A stretch of 64,000 nucleotides of DNA from positions 1,550,001 to 1,614,000 of the forward strand of contig NC_052176.1 of NCBI RefSeq assembly GCF_902713615.1. Reading direction: 5' to 3'. The notes beneath the pieces were generated by a model, which did no database searches, was not told the origin of the DNA, and saw nothing but the letters and a program-made list of their open reading frames with translations. The position numbers were made by a program, and so were the translations under genes. The DNA comes from Scyliorhinus canicula. Lineage: Eukaryota. Shown one piece after another: positions 62,187 to 64,000 of the stretch; position 1 is the stretch's first letter; the number at the start of each line of letters is the position of its first letter.

Positions 62187-64000
62187 GAGCGGGATTCTCT
62201 GGTCGCCGACGGCGAAATCGCATTCGGCGATCGGCCGGAGAATCCCCGATTGTGGCAAAATCGGAGGGGGGGGGGGTGGGTGGAGGGGGGGGGGGGTGGG
62301 TTGAGGGGGGGGGGGCGCTTTAGCGATGCTCTGCCCCCTCTAAAACAGCATACTCAGTCATCTCAGGTCCTCTCCCCGATGCTCTGCTCCCCCGCCCGAT
62401 GGGCCGAGTTCCCAACGGCGTGGGTCACTCCTGCTGTTTTATTCTCGTGGACTCCGCGTGGCGGCGCCACAGTGGGGGGGGGGGGGGGGGAGCCGTTCTG
62501 CGGGCAGGGGGGGCTTTGGCTGGGGCTGTGGCCACTGGGGTGGGGGGGTGGTCTGGACGATGTGAGGGGTGTTACTGGGGGACAGTAAATTGCAGACCGG
62601 GTCCGTGTGCACCCGGTAATTCTCCGGCAGTATCCGCAGGTAAAGCCAGGGGGCTTTACGCTGTGCAGCTGCTAGCCCCTGTTATGGGCCAGGGTTTAGA
62701 GAACCCCAAAGTGCATCATGGAGTTCACCTGACCCACAAGAGATTGTGGTACGGGGAGCAGACGGCCCACTCCACAGGTGTGGTGCAGCAGAAACGGAAA
62801 AGTATTTTTTAAAGCAAAACAATGTTTATTCCATGAACTCAAGTTAACCTTTTTAAAACATTCAGTGAACATCTTAGCAACCATTAATTCAAATACAACC
62901 ACGAAAGAATACAACACTAAGTAATCCTTTAAGCTTTCCTTTTCAACGCCCACACGACTTAAAAACAAAACCTTTATCAGAAGCATATCAGGTTAAAGTC
63001 ACTACTGAAAACATTTATAATTCTGAATTCACCAAACGATCAAGAGATAGTCTTTTTTTTTAAATTTAGAGTACCCAATTCATTTTTTCCAGTTAAGGGG
63101 CAATTTAGCATGTTCAATCCACCTATCTGCAAAGGTGCAGCAAACGGGCAGCACGGTAGCATTGTGGATAGCACAATCGCTTCACAGCTCCAGGGTCCCA
63201 GGTTCGATTCCGGCTTGGGTCACTGTCTGCACATCCTCCCCGTGTGTGCGTGGGTTTCCTCCGGGTGCTCCGGTTTCCTCCCACAGTCCAAAGATGTGCG
63301 GGTTAGGTGGATTGGCCATGATAAAATGCCCTTGGTGTCCAAAATTGCCCTTAGTGTTGGGTGGGGTTACTGGGTAATGGGGATAGGGTGGAGGTGTTGA
63401 CCTTGGATAGGGGGTAGGGTGCTCTTTCCAAGAGCCGGTGCAGACTCGATGGGCCGAATGGCCTCCTTCTGCACTGTAAATTCTATATCTATATCTTGCA
63501 CATCTTTCGGTTGTGGGGGCGAAACCCACACAAACACGGGGAGAATGTGCAAACTCCACACGGACAGTGACCCAGAGCCGGGATCGAACCTGGGGCCTCG
63601 GCGCCGCGAGACTGCAGTGCTAACCACTGCGCCACCGTGCTGCGCAAGAGATAGTCTTTTGATGGCAGAGAGATCAGCAGTACACCTGCTCTGTCTGGCT
63701 TCAGCTCCAACACTGAAAACGAAACTAAAACACACCCTGCAGCCTGCTCAAAAACGAAAGTAAAAAGCTGACAGACAGCCCAGCTCCACCCACTCTCTGA
63801 CATCAGTGCGGTAGTAAACACCCATTTCTTAAAGGTACTCTCACTACAGATATTTATATACACACCCATTTATAAACACCCATTTCTTGAAATTCCTCTC
63901 ACACGACACCCCCCCACTGGGCGGAGGATCGGTGCAGCTTTTGCGTCGTTTCTCCTGACGTAAAACACCACCGTTCCCACACCAGCGTCAGCACTTCGTC
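62187..64000. mobile_element. GC-rich MITE-like element interrupted by the solo LTR; runs off the window end
   Basis: gagcgggattctc terminus with hairpin ...gagaatccc, similar to the 43560 element. Confidence 0.55.
62680..63908 (-). mobile_element. Solo LTR carrying nested SINEs
   Basis: tgttatgggcc...acacgaca; TSD cccc; colinear with 55235-55868 once 63057-63660 is removed. Confidence 0.8.

Noticed and set aside
56735-64000. FLRT1 expected within MACROD1 intron 3
   Set aside because: No LRR or FN3 coding sequence in the window; it may lie further downstream.

Overview
Vertebrate genomic DNA, very probably from a shark (catshark-like; inferred from HE1/V-SINE-, SacSINE1-, CR1-, Rex1- and Penelope-type repeats). 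About two thirds or more of the window looks TE-derived. Two spliced genes are arranged head to head. STIP1/HOP exons 1-6 lie on the minus strand (22270 to 33, continuing off the left edge). MACROD1 exons 1-3 lie on the plus strand (26103 to 56734, continuing off the right edge). The most notable item is a complete, intronless 191-aa RILPL2-like ORF (41946-42521, minus), nested antisense in MACROD1 intron 2, with its own 5'-UTR splice acceptor: a candidate functional retrogene. Other points: an apparent +1 frameshift in STIP1 exon 2 (probably an assembly error), a heat-shock element and a stop/start-overlapping uORF at STIP1, a 3-kb G-skewed satellite in STIP1 intron 1, a MEF2/E-box/AP-1 cluster, a coding VNTR in the MACROD1 presequence, Penelope terminal repeats with hammerhead-like cores, an inverted duplication, a templated insertion and deeply nested TEs. 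Exon coordinates were read at base level. Repeat boundaries are approximate unless a TSD is quoted. Human exon sizes and protein comparisons are from recall, not from a database search.
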